This document shows positions 38,193 to 50,696 of a DNA stretch of 64,000 nt, one piece after another. Made by a program: the position numbers and the translations under genes. Under the pieces are notes generated by a model, which saw only the letters and a program-made list of their open reading frames with translations, ran no database searches and was not told the DNA's origin. Origin of the DNA: Actinomycetales bacterium (GTDB lineage: Bacteria; Actinomycetota; Actinomycetes; Actinomycetales; CAWJMD01). Location: NCBI GenBank assembly GCA_047974565.1, contig JBKECN010000055.1, positions 19,839 through 83,838 of the forward strand, written 5' to 3'. The number at the start of each line of letters is the position of its first letter. Position 1 is the stretch's first letter.

Positions 38193-38375
38193 GGGCCCGC
38201 CAGCAAATTACTTCTGCGTGCCGAGCAATCCCCCGCGCCCGCAAGTTCCGGCCCCCGCTCGAGCGAACCCGCCCGCTGGTGCCACCGTGGTCTCGCCGGC
38301 GGGCGATGCCGCTGGGGAGGCGGATCAGTTGGCGGCGTGGGCGCTTCGGGCCGCGGGGCACCTGTCCCGTGGTGA

Positions 38376-40601
<2,226 letters not shown>

Positions 40602-40660
40602 CCCTGACCACGGTGGAGTGCTGCGGAGGGCGCGTGCGGCCAGGCCCTAGGATCGGACGC

Positions 40661-40957
40661 ATGTCTGCTCTGTCGCTCGACGAGGTGGCGCACCTCGCCC
40701 GGCTTGCCCGCATCGACCTCACCGAGGAGGAACTCCAGACCATATCCGGTCAATTGGGGCACATCCTCGATGCAGTCGCCCAGGTGCAGCAGGTGGCCGG
40801 CGACGATGTGCCCGCCACCTCACACCCGATCCCACTGACCAATGTCTTCCGCGAAGACGTGGTGGCCCCCTCGTTGGGTGCTCAGGCCGCCCTCGCGGGA
40901 GCCCCAGCGGCCGATGAGGATCGTTTCCAGGTGCCCCGAATCCTGGACGAGGAGTGA
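40661..40957 (+). CDS. gatC: Asp/Glu-tRNA amidotransferase subunit C
   Basis: The ATG at 40661 gives [25 protein letters not shown], typical of GatC. It overlaps the gatA start. Confidence 0.9.
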   Translation: MSALSLDEVAHLARLARIDLTEEELQTISGQLGHILDAVAQVQQVAGDDVPATSHPIPLTNVFREDVVAPSLGAQAALAGAPAADEDRFQVPRILDEE

Positions 40958-42489
40958 GCGTGACCCAGACGCAGCGCACCGCCGTCGAACTCGCAGCCGG
41001 GATCGCCCGCGGTGACTTCACCAGCGAAGAGGTTGTCACCGAGCACCTTTCCCGGATCGAGGCCGTCGACGCCGACGTGCACGCCTTCCTGCATGTCAGC
41101 GCGGACGAAGCCCTCACCGAGGCCCGCGCGGTCGACGCGAGGCTGGCGGCCGGGGAGTCCCTGGGGCCGTTGGCCGGCGTCCCGATCGCGGTCAAGGACG
41201 TCATCGCCACCAAGGGAGTACCCACCACGTGTGGTTCGCGCATCCTGCAGGGCTGGGTACCGCCGTATGACGCCACGGTGATGACCCGGCTGCGTGCGGC
41301 CGGGTTGGTCATGCTCGGCAAGACCAACATGGACGAGTTCGCCATGGGCTCCTCCACCGAACACTCCGCCTACGGCCCGACCCGCAACCCGTGGGATCTG
41401 GAGCGGATCCCCGGCGGATCCGGCGGCGGATCGGCGGCTGCGCTGGCCGCTTTCGAGGCCCCGCTGGCGATCGGCACAGACACCGGAGGCTCGATCCGTC
41501 AGCCCGCCTCGGTCACCGGAACGGTGGGAGTCAAGCCGACCTACGGAGGAATCAGCCGGTACGGGTTGGTGGCGATGGCCTCCAGCCTCGACCAGGCCGG
41601 CCCCTGCGCACGCACCGTGCTGGACGCAGCCCTGCTGCACGAGGCGCTCGGCGGCCACGACCCGATGGACTCCACCAGCCTCACCGACCCGCTCGGGGAC
41701 AAGCCGCTGTCGGCGCTGTCCGAAGCGGCTCGCCGGGGTGCCCGCGACGGGCTGGCCGGGGTGCGCGTCGGATTGTTGCGCGAACTCTCCGGAACCGGAT
41801 ATCAGGACGGCGTGCTGGCGCGGTTCACCGAGGCCGTCGAGGCATTACGCGGCGCGGGTGCCGAGGTCGTCGAGGTCTCCTGCCCCAACGTGGTCCATGC
41901 GCTCGCCGCCTACTACCTCATCATGCCCAGCGAGGTCTCCTCCAACCTGGCGCGCTTCGACGCGATGCGGTACGGGCTGCGGGTCAGTCCGGACGGGGAC
42001 CCGTCCGCCGAGCAGGTGATGGCGGCGACCCGCGAGGCGGGCTTCGGCGCCGAGGCCAAGCGCCGCATCATCCTGGGCACCTACGCCCTGTCCTCGGGCT
42101 ATTACGACGCGTACTACGGCTCGGCGCAGAAGGTCCGCACCCTCGTCCAGGCCGATTTCGCCGCGGCCTTCGCCAACGTCGACGTGCTCGTCAGCCCCAC
42201 CTCGCCCACCACGGCCTTCCGGCTGGGCGACAAGCTCGCCGACCCGGTGGCGATGTACCTCAACGACGTCGCGACCATCCCGGCGAACCTCGCCGGCATC
42301 CCCGGCATCAGCCTGCCCGCCGGGCTGGCCGAGGACGGCCTGCCGGTCGGCTTCCAGGTGCTGGCGCCGGCCCGGGCCGATGACCGTCTCTATCTCGTCG
42401 GGGCTGCCTTGGAGGCTGCGCTGGACGCCGAGCGCGGCGGCCCGCTGCTGGCAGGCGCACCCGAGCTCGCGCTGGGAGGTACCCGATGA
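40954..42489 (+). CDS. gatA: Asp/Glu-tRNA amidotransferase subunit A
   Basis: Amidase signature [13 protein letters not shown] and 511 aa. GTGA overlap with gatC. Confidence 0.93.
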   Translation: MSVTQTQRTAVELAAGIARGDFTSEEVVTEHLSRIEAVDADVHAFLHVSADEALTEARAVDARLAAGESLGPLAGVPIAVKDVIATKGVPTTCGSRILQGWVPPYDATVMTRLRAAGLVMLGKTNMDEFAMGSSTEHSAYGPTRNPWDLERIPGGSGGGSAAALAAFEAPLAIGTDTGGSIRQPASVTGTVGVKPTYGGISRYGLVAMASSLDQAGPCARTVLDAALLHEALGGHDPMDSTSLTDPLGDKPLSALSEAARRGARDGLAGVRVGLLRELSGTGYQDGVLARFTEAVEALRGAGAEVVEVSCPNVVHALAAYYLIMPSEVSSNLARFDAMRYGLRVSPDGDPSAEQVMAATREAGFGAEAKRRIILGTYALSSGYYDAYYGSAQKVRTLVQADFAAAFANVDVLVSPTSPTTAFRLGDKLADPVAMYLNDVATIPANLAGIPGISLPAGLAEDGLPVGFQVLAPARADDRLYLVGAALEAALDAERGGPLLAGAPELALGGTR

Positions 42490-44045
42490 CCACGACCACC
42501 ACCCCCGCCCTCGTCGATTACGACGACCTGGTCACCCGGTACGACCCGGTGCTCGGCCTGGAGGTGCACGTCGAGCTGTCCACCGCCTCGAAGATGTTCT
42601 GCGGCTGTGCCACCACCTTCGGAGCAGCGCCGAACAGCCAGGTGTGTCCGGTCTGCCTGGCTTTGCCTGGTGCGCTTCCGGTGGTGAACGGCACAGCGGT
42701 CGAGTCCGCGATCCGGATCGGGCTCGCGCTCGGCTGTTCCATCGCTGCGACGTGTCGCTTCGCCCGGAAGAACTACTTCTACCCGGACATGCCGAAGAAC
42801 TTCCAGACCTCCCAGTACGACGAGCCGATCGCCTTCGACGGCCAGGTCGAGATCGAGGTCCCGGCCTCGGACGAGGGACCCGCCTTCACCTTCACGGTGC
42901 CCATCGAGCGCGCCCACATGGAGGAGGACACCGGCAAGTCTCTGCACGTGGGTGGCGCAACCGGCCGCATCCACGGCGCCGAATACTCCCTCGTCGACTA
43001 CAACCGGGCAGGCATTCCGCTCATCGAGATCGTCACTAAGCCGATCGAGGGAGCCGGACGCCGTGCCCCCGAGGTGGCCCGGGCTTTCGTGGCCACCCTG
43101 CGTGATCTGCTGCGCGGGCTGGACGTCTCCGACGTCCGCATGGAGCAGGGCAGCCTGCGATGTGACGCCAACGTCTCGCTGCGCACCAAGGTCGGGGACG
43201 ACCCGAGCGCTGCCGCCCAGCACGAGGTGCCCTTGGGCATCCGCTCGGAGACCAAGAACGTCAACTCGCTGCGCAGCGTCGAACGTGCCATCCGCTACGA
43301 GATGACCCGGCATGCGGGCGTGCTGGACGCCGGCGGACGGGTCACCCAGGAAACCCGGCACTGGCACGAGGACACCGGGATCACCACCGCCGGGCGCTCG
43401 AAGGAGGAGGCCGAGGACTACCGGTACTTCCCCGAGCCCGACCTCGTCCCGATCGAATGCTCGGCCGACTGGGTGGAGCAGTTGCGCGGCACCATCCCGA
43501 TGAGCCCCGCCGAGCGGCGCGCCGGGTGGCAGCAGGCGTGGGGGCTGTCCGACCTGGAACTGCGCGACGTCGTCAACGCCGGGGCCGGTGACCTGATCGA
43601 GGCCAGTGTTGCGGCCGGCGCGACCCCGGCCGCCGCCCGCAAGTGGTGGATGGGCGAACTCTCCAGGCACGCCAAGACCGCCGGAGTCGCCCTGGACGAC
43701 CTGTCGATCGACGCCGCTCAGGTGGCGCAGCTGTCAGGCCTGGTCGCCGAGGGCAGGCTCAACGACTCGCTGGCCCGGCAGGTCATCGAAGCCGTGCTGG
43801 CCGGCGAGGGAGACCCGGCCGAGGTGATGACCGCCCGCGGGCTCGAACTGGTCAGCGACGACGGCGCCCTGGCCGAAGCCGTCGACGCCGTGATCGCCGC
43901 CAACCCCGACATCGTCGCCAAGATCCAGGACGGCAAGGCCGCAGCGGCCGGCGCACTCATCGGGCAGGTGATGAAGCGGATGGCAGGAAAGGCCGACGCG
44001 GGAGCGGTTCGAGCGATGATCGCCGAGCGAATCCCGACCCCCTGA
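42486..44045 (+). CDS. gatB: Asp/Glu-tRNA amidotransferase subunit B
   Basis: 519-aa ORF with ATGA overlap with gatA and typical GatB N- and C-terminal regions. Confidence 0.93.
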   Translation: MTTTTTPALVDYDDLVTRYDPVLGLEVHVELSTASKMFCGCATTFGAAPNSQVCPVCLALPGALPVVNGTAVESAIRIGLALGCSIAATCRFARKNYFYPDMPKNFQTSQYDEPIAFDGQVEIEVPASDEGPAFTFTVPIERAHMEEDTGKSLHVGGATGRIHGAEYSLVDYNRAGIPLIEIVTKPIEGAGRRAPEVARAFVATLRDLLRGLDVSDVRMEQGSLRCDANVSLRTKVGDDPSAAAQHEVPLGIRSETKNVNSLRSVERAIRYEMTRHAGVLDAGGRVTQETRHWHEDTGITTAGRSKEEAEDYRYFPEPDLVPIECSADWVEQLRGTIPMSPAERRAGWQQAWGLSDLELRDVVNAGAGDLIEASVAAGATPAAARKWWMGELSRHAKTAGVALDDLSIDAAQVAQLSGLVAEGRLNDSLARQVIEAVLAGEGDPAEVMTARGLELVSDDGALAEAVDAVIAANPDIVAKIQDGKAAAAGALIGQVMKRMAGKADAGAVRAMIAERIPTP

Positions 44046-44280
44046 GAAGACGCCGCAGCAGCCGCCCACCTGTGGCGGGTCGTTTCCTCCACCGCAGCGG
44101 TCACTCCATCTCGCTGGGTGAAGACGGGAACGTGTGTGCGTAAGTCTGGCTCCCATCCGACGGACATTGAAGGCGAAACGGTGCACGTCGGCGCAGGCCA
44201 CTGAGTAGTCTCGACTGACAGCCTCGACTCACAGCACAGCGAGCCGGCCTTGCGCCGGGGGGAGAAGTCAGGACTCCGAC

Positions 44281-46542
44281 ATGGCCGCCACCCGAGTGCG
44301 CACTGCGCTTTTGTGGTTGGTCGGGGGCGGCGGCCTGCTCGGCCTGGCGATCGTCCTGACGCTCGTCTGGCGGGGCTCGCCGTTGGCGATCTCCGCGGCC
44401 TACCTCGTGGTGGTACCCCAGCAACTGCTCGGCGGTGCGGTGCTGCTGCGCTCGGGTCTCAAGGGCGGCCGGGCGGCTCGCTTCCGGACCTTGATGGCTG
44501 TCGGCATGTTCATCGTCGCCGGCGGTGCCCTGGTCAACCTCGCGCTCGGCATCCCGGACCGGGCCGGGCCGGCGGCCGGCGACTACGTCCAGACCCTGGC
44601 CATCCCGGTGATCATCGCGGCGCTGGCGTTATTACCCCGCCAGCGGCAAAGCGCCCTGCACTGGATAAGGCACCTCTTCGAGGGGATCGGCCTGGGCACC
44701 TTCATCACCCTCACCTGGTGGGGATGGCTCATCCGGCTGGGCGGCCCGGACCCGGCGGTATCCCCGGCAGTCCTGGCCGTGGTCACGGTGAACTCGGTAC
44801 TCATCGCCATCGTGCTGATGTCCGCAGTGACCAACCCCAGCGGGGGCGCCTACCTGGCCGCGACGGGTGGCGTTCTGGTGCTCATGCCGGACGCCATGAC
44901 CACCCTGATGGCCGCCGCCACGGGCGCGGTGAACTGGACCGTCGTGCTCCCGATGGTCGCCATGGCCTGGCCCGTGCTCACCGTCGGCCTGCTGCTGGTC
45001 AACAGCAACCCCCCGGATCTGGGGGAGCAGGAGGCAATCGCCGCCGACACCCGCAGCTACCTCGTGGTCAGCCTGGTCACCCTCGGCTTCATGATCGCCG
45101 CGTTGCTGGCGTGGACTCAGGCCGGCCGGGTGCCGTCCAGCGCGATCGTCCTGGCCGGGGTGGGCCTGGTCACCATCTGGTGCCGGGACGGGGTCCGGGC
45201 CACCCAGGTGCTGGGCCTGATGACCGCGATGACCTCCCTGGCGCTGCGGGATCCCCTCACCCAGTTGGCCAACAGGCGCGCCCTGGAGGAGCAGTTGCGC
45301 GCCTGCGGGCGCCAGCGCGGAGCGTTCAGCGTGCTGACCATCGACCTGGACGGCTTCAAGAACGTGAACGATCAACTCGGCCATGACGCTGGGGACCGGC
45401 TGCTCGTGCGGGTGGCGCGGCTCGTCGAACACGAGGCGCTGGCGATCGGGGGGTCGGCCTTTCGGATCGGTGGCGACGAGTTCGTGCTGCTCTCGCGCGC
45501 GGGCTGGGAGGCCAGCGAGCGGGCCGGGGCCAATATCGTCGCCGCGGCCCAGCAGGCCGGCACCGAGAACGGCTCGCGCGGCAGCGTCTTCGTCGGCGCC
45601 AGCGTCGGCATCGTGCACCGGGAGATCGACGCCTACCTGCCGGCCGAGACCCTGCTCAGCGACGTCAGCGCCGCCGGCTCCGCGATGCGCCAGGCCAAAC
45701 GCAGCGGCGCCGGCCGGGTTGTCGTGCATGACGAGACGATGGCAGCCAAGACCCGCCGACGGCTCCTGGTGGAGAAGAGGCTCACCGCCGCGGTCGCCGA
45801 CGGCACCATCGGCGTACGTTTCCAGCCGATCATCTCGCTGCGCACCGGCCTGCTCACCGGCGTCGAGGCACTGGCTCGCTGGTCCGATCCGGTCATCGGG
45901 GACGTCGCACCGGGCGAGTTCATCCCGGTCGCCGAAGAGTCCGGGCTGATCCGGGACCTGGGCGATCTGGTGTTGACCACCGCGCTCGGCGACTGCGCCC
46001 GGATCGGTCTGGCCGAGCAGGGGCTGATGGTCTCGCTCAACGTCTCGACCCTGCAGTTGCGGGCGCCCGGATACGTGGACACGGTTGCCCGCCGACTCGC
46101 CGAGGCCGGGATCCAGCCGCGCCAGCTGACCTTGGAGGTGACCGAGTCGGTCTTCGTCCGGCAGGACGACCCGGCGGTGCGGGCCCTGACCGACCTATCC
46201 CGACTGGGGGTGCGTCTGGCCCTGGACGACTTCGGCACCGGGTACTCGTCCCTGGGGTATCTGACCCGCCTGCCGGTCACCGCGCTCAAACTGGACCGGT
46301 CGATCACCGTGCGGCTGGCGGACCGCGCCGTCTGGGTGATCGCTCGCTCGGTCGTCGACATGGCTGCCGCCCTCGGACTCGACGTGGTCGCCGAGGGGGT
46401 GGAGACCCGGGCTCAGGAGGCCAACGTACGACGCCTGGGCGCGGACCTCGCCCAGGGCTGGTACTTCGCCGATGCGCTCTCCGCAGCCGAACTCGGCCAA
46501 CTCATCCACCGTCCCCAGGGTGACCGCACGTTCCGGCATTGA
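44281..46542 (+). CDS. membrane-anchored GGDEF-EAL protein (c-di-GMP turnover)
   Basis: About 300 aa of multi-pass hydrophobic N-terminus, followed by a GGDEF domain (RIGGDEF) and an EAL domain (VEALARW ... DDFGTGYSSL). Confidence 0.9.
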   Translation: MAATRVRTALLWLVGGGGLLGLAIVLTLVWRGSPLAISAAYLVVVPQQLLGGAVLLRSGLKGGRAARFRTLMAVGMFIVAGGALVNLALGIPDRAGPAAGDYVQTLAIPVIIAALALLPRQRQSALHWIRHLFEGIGLGTFITLTWWGWLIRLGGPDPAVSPAVLAVVTVNSVLIAIVLMSAVTNPSGGAYLAATGGVLVLMPDAMTTLMAAATGAVNWTVVLPMVAMAWPVLTVGLLLVNSNPPDLGEQEAIAADTRSYLVVSLVTLGFMIAALLAWTQAGRVPSSAIVLAGVGLVTIWCRDGVRATQVLGLMTAMTSLALRDPLTQLANRRALEEQLRACGRQRGAFSVLTIDLDGFKNVNDQLGHDAGDRLLVRVARLVEHEALAIGGSAFRIGGDEFVLLSRAGWEASERAGANIVAAAQQAGTENGSRGSVFVGASVGIVHREIDAYLPAETLLSDVSAAGSAMRQAKRSGAGRVVVHDETMAAKTRRRLLVEKRLTAAVADGTIGVRFQPIISLRTGLLTGVEALARWSDPVIGDVAPGEFIPVAEESGLIRDLGDLVLTTALGDCARIGLAEQGLMVSLNVSTLQLRAPGYVDTVARRLAEAGIQPRQLTLEVTESVFVRQDDPAVRALTDLSRLGVRLALDDFGTGYSSLGYLTRLPVTALKLDRSITVRLADRAVWVIARSVVDMAAALGLDVVAEGVETRAQEANVRRLGADLAQGWYFADALSAAELGQLIHRPQGDRTFRH

Positions 46543-46644
46543 CTGCGGGGGAGCACCCACAGGCGTGCGCGACCTGGTCAGCCGGTCGGACCTGAGCGCC
46601 CGGCTACCGAGGGGGTCGGGAACTCGCCGCTGCCGCAGGCTCGC

Positions 46645-47232
46645 TCACGCGTGCGAACGCAGCAGGTCGACCTCGGCGCGAGCCCAGGCGGCACGCGCTT
46701 GCGCCACGGCCGCCTGCCCCTGGAAGACATGCGCCTTGAGCCGGGCGATCCGCTCGTGCTCGTGCGAGGGCCGCCTCGTCAACCGTTCGCGCAGCAGCGG
46801 GGTGTCCATCGCAGCGAGGCGGTCGCTGTGCTCGCGAGAGTCGCGGGCGATCCTGTCCTGCTCGGCGATATAGGCCTCCAGGACGGTGATCGCGTCGGCC
46901 GGGTCGATCATGTCGAAGAGCAGGGCCTGGGTGAGCATCGGGTCACGGCTGCCCGGGCTCGGGTGAGTGGCAGAGACCCACTCCTTGAGTTCGCCGAGAC
47001 CGCTCGGGGTGATCGAGTAGATCTTCCTGTTGAGTTTCGTCCCCCGGATCTGGTTCTCGCTGACGATGGCGCCGTCGTCCTCCATCTTGTTCAGCAGCGG
47101 GTAGATCTGGCTGTGGGTGGCAGTCCACACCCAGCCGGTCGAGGAGTCGAAGAACTGGCTCAGCTCATAGCCGCTCATCGGCCGGGCCGCCAGCACCCCG
47201 AGCAGTGCGGGCCGCAGAGACATGATTGTCAT
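46645..47232 (-). CDS. PadR-family transcriptional regulator
   Basis: Winged-helix N-terminus LLGVLAARPMSGYELSQFF...HSQIYPLLNKMEDDGAI...KIYSITPSG. Confidence 0.9.
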   Translation of the reverse strand: MTIMSLRPALLGVLAARPMSGYELSQFFDSSTGWVWTATHSQIYPLLNKMEDDGAIVSENQIRGTKLNRKIYSITPSGLGELKEWVSATHPSPGSRDPMLTQALLFDMIDPADAITVLEAYIAEQDRIARDSREHSDRLAAMDTPLLRERLTRRPSHEHERIARLKAHVFQGQAAVAQARAAWARAEVDLLRSHA

Positions 47233-47350
47233 CGTAGGGCGAGCCGTGGTGCCGCCGAGCCACCCCGCTCACTCGCGTGCCGATCCCGGGGACGTGCCAC
47301 GGATGCGGCCGGCCCCGGGGGCAAGGACGGCGACCGACGACACGACCCGC

Positions 47351-48295
47351 TCAGACCGGCGCGGTGGCGTGACCGGTGGTGAGGGTGGATGTGGCGGCAG
47401 CGTCCGAATCATTGTCGACGGTGAGGATCTGGCGCTGAGTGGAGGGCTTCTGGGAACTGCCGCCCCACATGTCGATGGCTCCGAAGGTGGTGGGGTCGAA
47501 GGTGCGCGGCACGTGGTTCTCGTCGTCCTCGATCCGGCCGACGCCGTAGGAGTACTCGTAGGTCAGGCCCTCGGGACCCTTGAAGTACAGGAAGATCGCA
47601 CCCGACTGTGGGTGGCGGCCCGGGCCTTGTTCGATCTCGACCTCGTGCTCCTTGATGAAGTTCCAGTTCCGGAAGAGGGCGTCGATGGTGTCGACCTGGA
47701 AGTTCATGTGGCACAGGCCCGGCTCGTCCCCCTGGAAGACCGCCAGGGTGTGGTGCACCGGGTTGAACCGCATGAGCGCCGCAGCGCCCTGGACCCAGTC
47801 GGAGACCTTGACGTTGAAGTTCTCGTTCCAGAACCGGGCCGCCTGATAGATGTCGGCGGCGTCCACGCAGATGTGCCCGAACTCGGTGATCCCGCTGGAC
47901 GGGCGGGTGAGTTCGAGGAACGACGGATCGTGAATCTGGCCGATCACCAGGTCGAACTTGTTGCCCCATGGGTCGTCGAAGGAGATGAAGTCGGTGACCC
48001 GTCGGCTGCGGGCCTGCTCCGGGGTGCCGCGGTGCACGGCGATCCCGATGGACTCCAGATGGGTGGCCGCGTCGTCCAGGGCAGCCGCATCCCGCAGCAC
48101 CAGCCCGCTGGAGAGCACGCCGCTGTTGCCCTCGACGAAGGCCAGGCAGTGGTGCCGGTGGTCGGCGCGCAGGTAGTGCACGCCGTCCTCGCTGCCCTGG
48201 TACTTCAGCCCGACGATGTCGCGGGCGAATCGGACGCAGGTGTCGATGTCCGCAGCGCCGCTGCGGACGTAGGCGATGTCGATGAGTTCGATCAT
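47351..48295 (-). CDS. two-domain VOC-family extradiol ring-cleavage dioxygenase (BphC/HsaC-like)
   Basis: The ORF is 47351-48361. The ATG at 48295 follows GAAAGGGAA. Motifs: HYLRADHRHHCLAF, FGHICV, HHTLAVF, LTYEYSYG. Confidence 0.85.
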   Translation of the reverse strand: MIELIDIAYVRSGAADIDTCVRFARDIVGLKYQGSEDGVHYLRADHRHHCLAFVEGNSGVLSSGLVLRDAAALDDAATHLESIGIAVHRGTPEQARSRRVTDFISFDDPWGNKFDLVIGQIHDPSFLELTRPSSGITEFGHICVDAADIYQAARFWNENFNVKVSDWVQGAAALMRFNPVHHTLAVFQGDEPGLCHMNFQVDTIDALFRNWNFIKEHEVEIEQGPGRHPQSGAIFLYFKGPEGLTYEYSYGVGRIEDDENHVPRTFDPTTFGAIDMWGGSSQKPSTQRQILTVDNDSDAAATSTLTTGHATAPV

Positions 48296-48326
48296 GATCG
48301 GTTCCCTTTCAGTGGTTTTCGCGGTG

Positions 48327-49019
48327 TCAGGGGGTGGTCGGTGGGGTGGGGCCGGGGTCACGAAGATCGGCCCAGATCCGCCCCAGGATCTCGCTGGCCA
48401 CCTGCTGCCAGGCGGCCTGCTCCGCGGCCGAGATCGGGGTTGGTCGGCCGGCCGCCGCGGCGATGCTGTTCATGCGCGCGGACGCTTCGAGCACCCACAT
48501 GCGTGCCACCGCCTCCCCGACGGTGGAGCCGACAGTGACCGCGCCGTTGCCACGCATCAGCACGGCGGGGGCGTCGCCGAGCACCTGCGCCAGGTCCACG
48601 GCACGGTCTTCGTCGCGCACCAAGGTCGCGTCGTCGAAGACCGGCACCGTGGGCCCCAGGTAGGCGCCCTGTCCGTGCAACGGCAGGATCGGCACCCCGG
48701 CTGAGGCCAGCGCCGTGGCCACCGGGGGCTGCGCTCGGCAGATACCGCCCACGTCGGGGCGCCGGCGAGCCACGGCCACATGGATCCAGGCCTCCTTGGG
48801 GACGTCGCGAGGCAGGTCGTGCGCGTCCAGATCCAGTGCGGTCCATGCCGAATCGGGGGTCAGCCGTCCGAGCGCCATAGGTGGGGTGATGAGAACCCGG
48901 TTCTCGCCGGCCCGGCCCGACAGGTGCCCGAAGGCGGTCACCAGCCCGGTACGGCTCAGGGCGTGCCCCCCGAGGAGCAGGTCGTCGACGAGGCGCGCCG
49001 GGTGAGTGGACTGGGTCAT
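48327..49019 (-). CDS. class II aldolase/adducin-family protein
   Basis: The ORF is 48327-49040. The second ATG (49019) is preferred because the first abuts the operator. Family-level resemblance (GHLSGRAGENRVLITPP...). Confidence 0.75.
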   Translation of the reverse strand: MTQSTHPARLVDDLLLGGHALSRTGLVTAFGHLSGRAGENRVLITPPMALGRLTPDSAWTALDLDAHDLPRDVPKEAWIHVAVARRRPDVGGICRAQPPVATALASAGVPILPLHGQGAYLGPTVPVFDDATLVRDEDRAVDLAQVLGDAPAVLMRGNGAVTVGSTVGEAVARMWVLEASARMNSIAAAAGRPTPISAAEQAAWQQVASEILGRIWADLRDPGPTPPTTP

Positions 49020-49044
49020 CGCACAAGCATCACCTGTCATTTAG

Positions 49045-49066
49045 AACATGTCAATCATGACATGTT
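49045..49066. promoter_or_regulatory. PadR-type operator: perfect 9-bp inverted repeat AACATGTCA-ATCA-TGACATGTT containing ATGT-N8-ACAT
   Basis: ATGT at 49048-49051 and ACAT at 49060-49063. It is an AT-rich island in the divergent promoter region of an operon that ends with the PadR gene. Confidence 0.7.
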
Positions 49067-49167
49067 TAGTAGGAGGCATCTTCCGGTGAGCGAAAGGTGT
49101 ACCTCGCGGCGGCGGACGCCGTGGGGCCCTGCACCGACGCGGGCGCAGGCGTGGCAGGCTGGGCCAC

Positions 49168-50112
49168 ATGGCCGACCTTCCCATCGTGACACTCCCCGAG
49201 CGGTCCCTCATCGAGGCGCTGAGCCAGGGCGCCGATGGTGTGGAACTGCGGTACTGGGATGTGGCAGGCGAGCCCGACTTCGCGGGTGTGGAGCGCATTC
49301 ACCTGGTCGTCCTGCCGTACCTGAACCCGCCGCAGGCACTGGCGCGGCTCGCGCAGATGCCCGCGGTTCGGGCCGTGCAAACGCTCACGGCGGGGTACGA
49401 CGGTCTGATCGAGCAATTGCCCGATGGAGTGGCGCTGTGCAACGCGGCCGGGGTGCACGACGCCAGCACCGCTGAACTCGCCGTCGGCCTCATGCTCGCC
49501 GGGCAACGCGGCATCGGCGACGCAGCTCGCGAGCAGGTGGCCGGCGAGTGGAATCACATCACCCGGCCGTCCCTGGCGGATCGCCGAGTGCTAGTGGTCG
49601 GCGTCGGGGGAGTGGGCACCGCGATCGCCGCCCGGCTCGAGCCCTTCGAGGTGACCATCACCAGGGTGGGTACCCGCGCCCGGGCTGACGACCTGTCGGG
49701 CCGGTTCGGGGACGTGCACGGCATCGACGAACTGCCCGCACTGCTGCCCGACCACGACATCGTCGCGCTCGCGGTGCCGTTGTCGGCGAGCACGCGTGGA
49801 TTGTTCGGGGCGGAACTGCTTGCGGCGATGGCGGACGACGCTCTGCTCGTCTCGGTGGCGCGGGGGCCGGTGGTGGACACCGACGCCCTGACCGCCGAGG
49901 TCGGCAGCGGTCGCCTGCGGGCAGCGGTGGACGTCATAGATCCGGAACCGTTCCCCGCCGATCACCCGCTGCGACTCATGCCAGGCTTTCTGATGACCCC
50001 GCATGTGGGCGGAGACACCGATGCCTTCGTCCCGCGGGCCGAACGCATGCTCGCCGCACAGGTGGCCCGGGTGGCCGCAGGCGAGCCCCTGGCCAATATC
50101 GTCCATCCTTGA
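49168..50112 (+). CDS. D-isomer-specific 2-hydroxyacid dehydrogenase family protein
   Basis: NAD-binding motif RVLVVGVGGVGTAIAARL and catalytic region LLVSVARG...TPHVGG. Confidence 0.85.
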   Translation: MADLPIVTLPERSLIEALSQGADGVELRYWDVAGEPDFAGVERIHLVVLPYLNPPQALARLAQMPAVRAVQTLTAGYDGLIEQLPDGVALCNAAGVHDASTAELAVGLMLAGQRGIGDAAREQVAGEWNHITRPSLADRRVLVVGVGGVGTAIAARLEPFEVTITRVGTRARADDLSGRFGDVHGIDELPALLPDHDIVALAVPLSASTRGLFGAELLAAMADDALLVSVARGPVVDTDALTAEVGSGRLRAAVDVIDPEPFPADHPLRLMPGFLMTPHVGGDTDAFVPRAERMLAAQVARVAAGEPLANIVHP

Positions 50113-50125
50113 GAGGAAATCCCTT

Positions 50126-50506
50126 ATGCCTTTGGTCCGTATCGACTTCTTCGAGGGATACCCCGACGACTTCGGAAGCCGGGTCGCCCAGATCGTGTAC
50201 CGGACCATGATGGCCGAGTTCGGAGTGCCCGAACACGACAACTTCCAGGTGGTCAACGAGCACCGGCCCGGCGGCATCGTCTTCGACCACGAGTACCTCG
50301 GAATCGAGCGGACCACCGGCATCGTGATCGTCCAGATCACCCTCAATGCCGGGCGTAGCGTGGAGAAGAAGCAGGCTTTCTACGCCGCGCTCGCGGCTGG
50401 ACTCTCCGCCGAACTGAGCGTGCGCCCCGAGGATCTCCTGATCAGCCTGGTCGAGGTCGCCAAGGAGAACTGGTCGTTCGGCAATGGGGTGGCCCAGTAC
50501 GTGTGA
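50126..50506 (+). CDS. tautomerase-superfamily protein (4-OT/MSAD-like)
   Basis: The ATG at 50126 gives MPLVRIDFFEG, with Pro-1 after Met removal. 126 aa. Confidence 0.75.
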   Translation: MPLVRIDFFEGYPDDFGSRVAQIVYRTMMAEFGVPEHDNFQVVNEHRPGGIVFDHEYLGIERTTGIVIVQITLNAGRSVEKKQAFYAALAAGLSAELSVRPEDLLISLVEVAKENWSFGNGVAQYV

Positions 50507-50641
50507 GACACACCGCGCAGGGGGGTGGCCCGCTCCGCGGGTCGTGTGCCGGGGGTCCGGCGCGGCGCGGGTGGTGTGGCCTCACGCGGCGGCGCGACGC
50601 GACTGGCGGAGACGCCAGATGAACACCGACGCCCCGGAGCG

Positions 50642-50671
50642 TTGACCCAGCGAGCAAAAAGGACTTATCCT
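50642..50671 (+). promoter_or_regulatory. candidate sigma-70-type promoter (TTGACC-N18-TATCCT)
   Basis: TTGACC at 50642-50647 and TATCCT at 50666-50671, about 25 nt upstream of the ATG at 50697, which follows a G-rich RBS. Confidence 0.3.
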
Positions 50672-50696
50672 CGCGCAACGGACCAGGGGGGAAGCC

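Noticed and set aside
44195-44235. Direct repeats CTCGACTGACAG / CTCGACTCACAG upstream of the GGDEF-EAL gene, and a weak CCGCC...GGCGG hairpin after gatB (about 44060-44080).
   Set aside because: They are short (12 nt with a mismatch, and a 5-bp stem) and easily arise by chance. There is not enough support to call an operator or terminator.
49071-49475. Strong AGGAGG at 49071-49076 followed by the GTG at 49086, opening a long + strand ORF (same frame as 48780-49475).
   Set aside because: Its translation is Arg-rich junk that overlaps the 2-hydroxyacid dehydrogenase gene out of frame. The AGGAGG is more likely incidental or part of the promoter/UTR.
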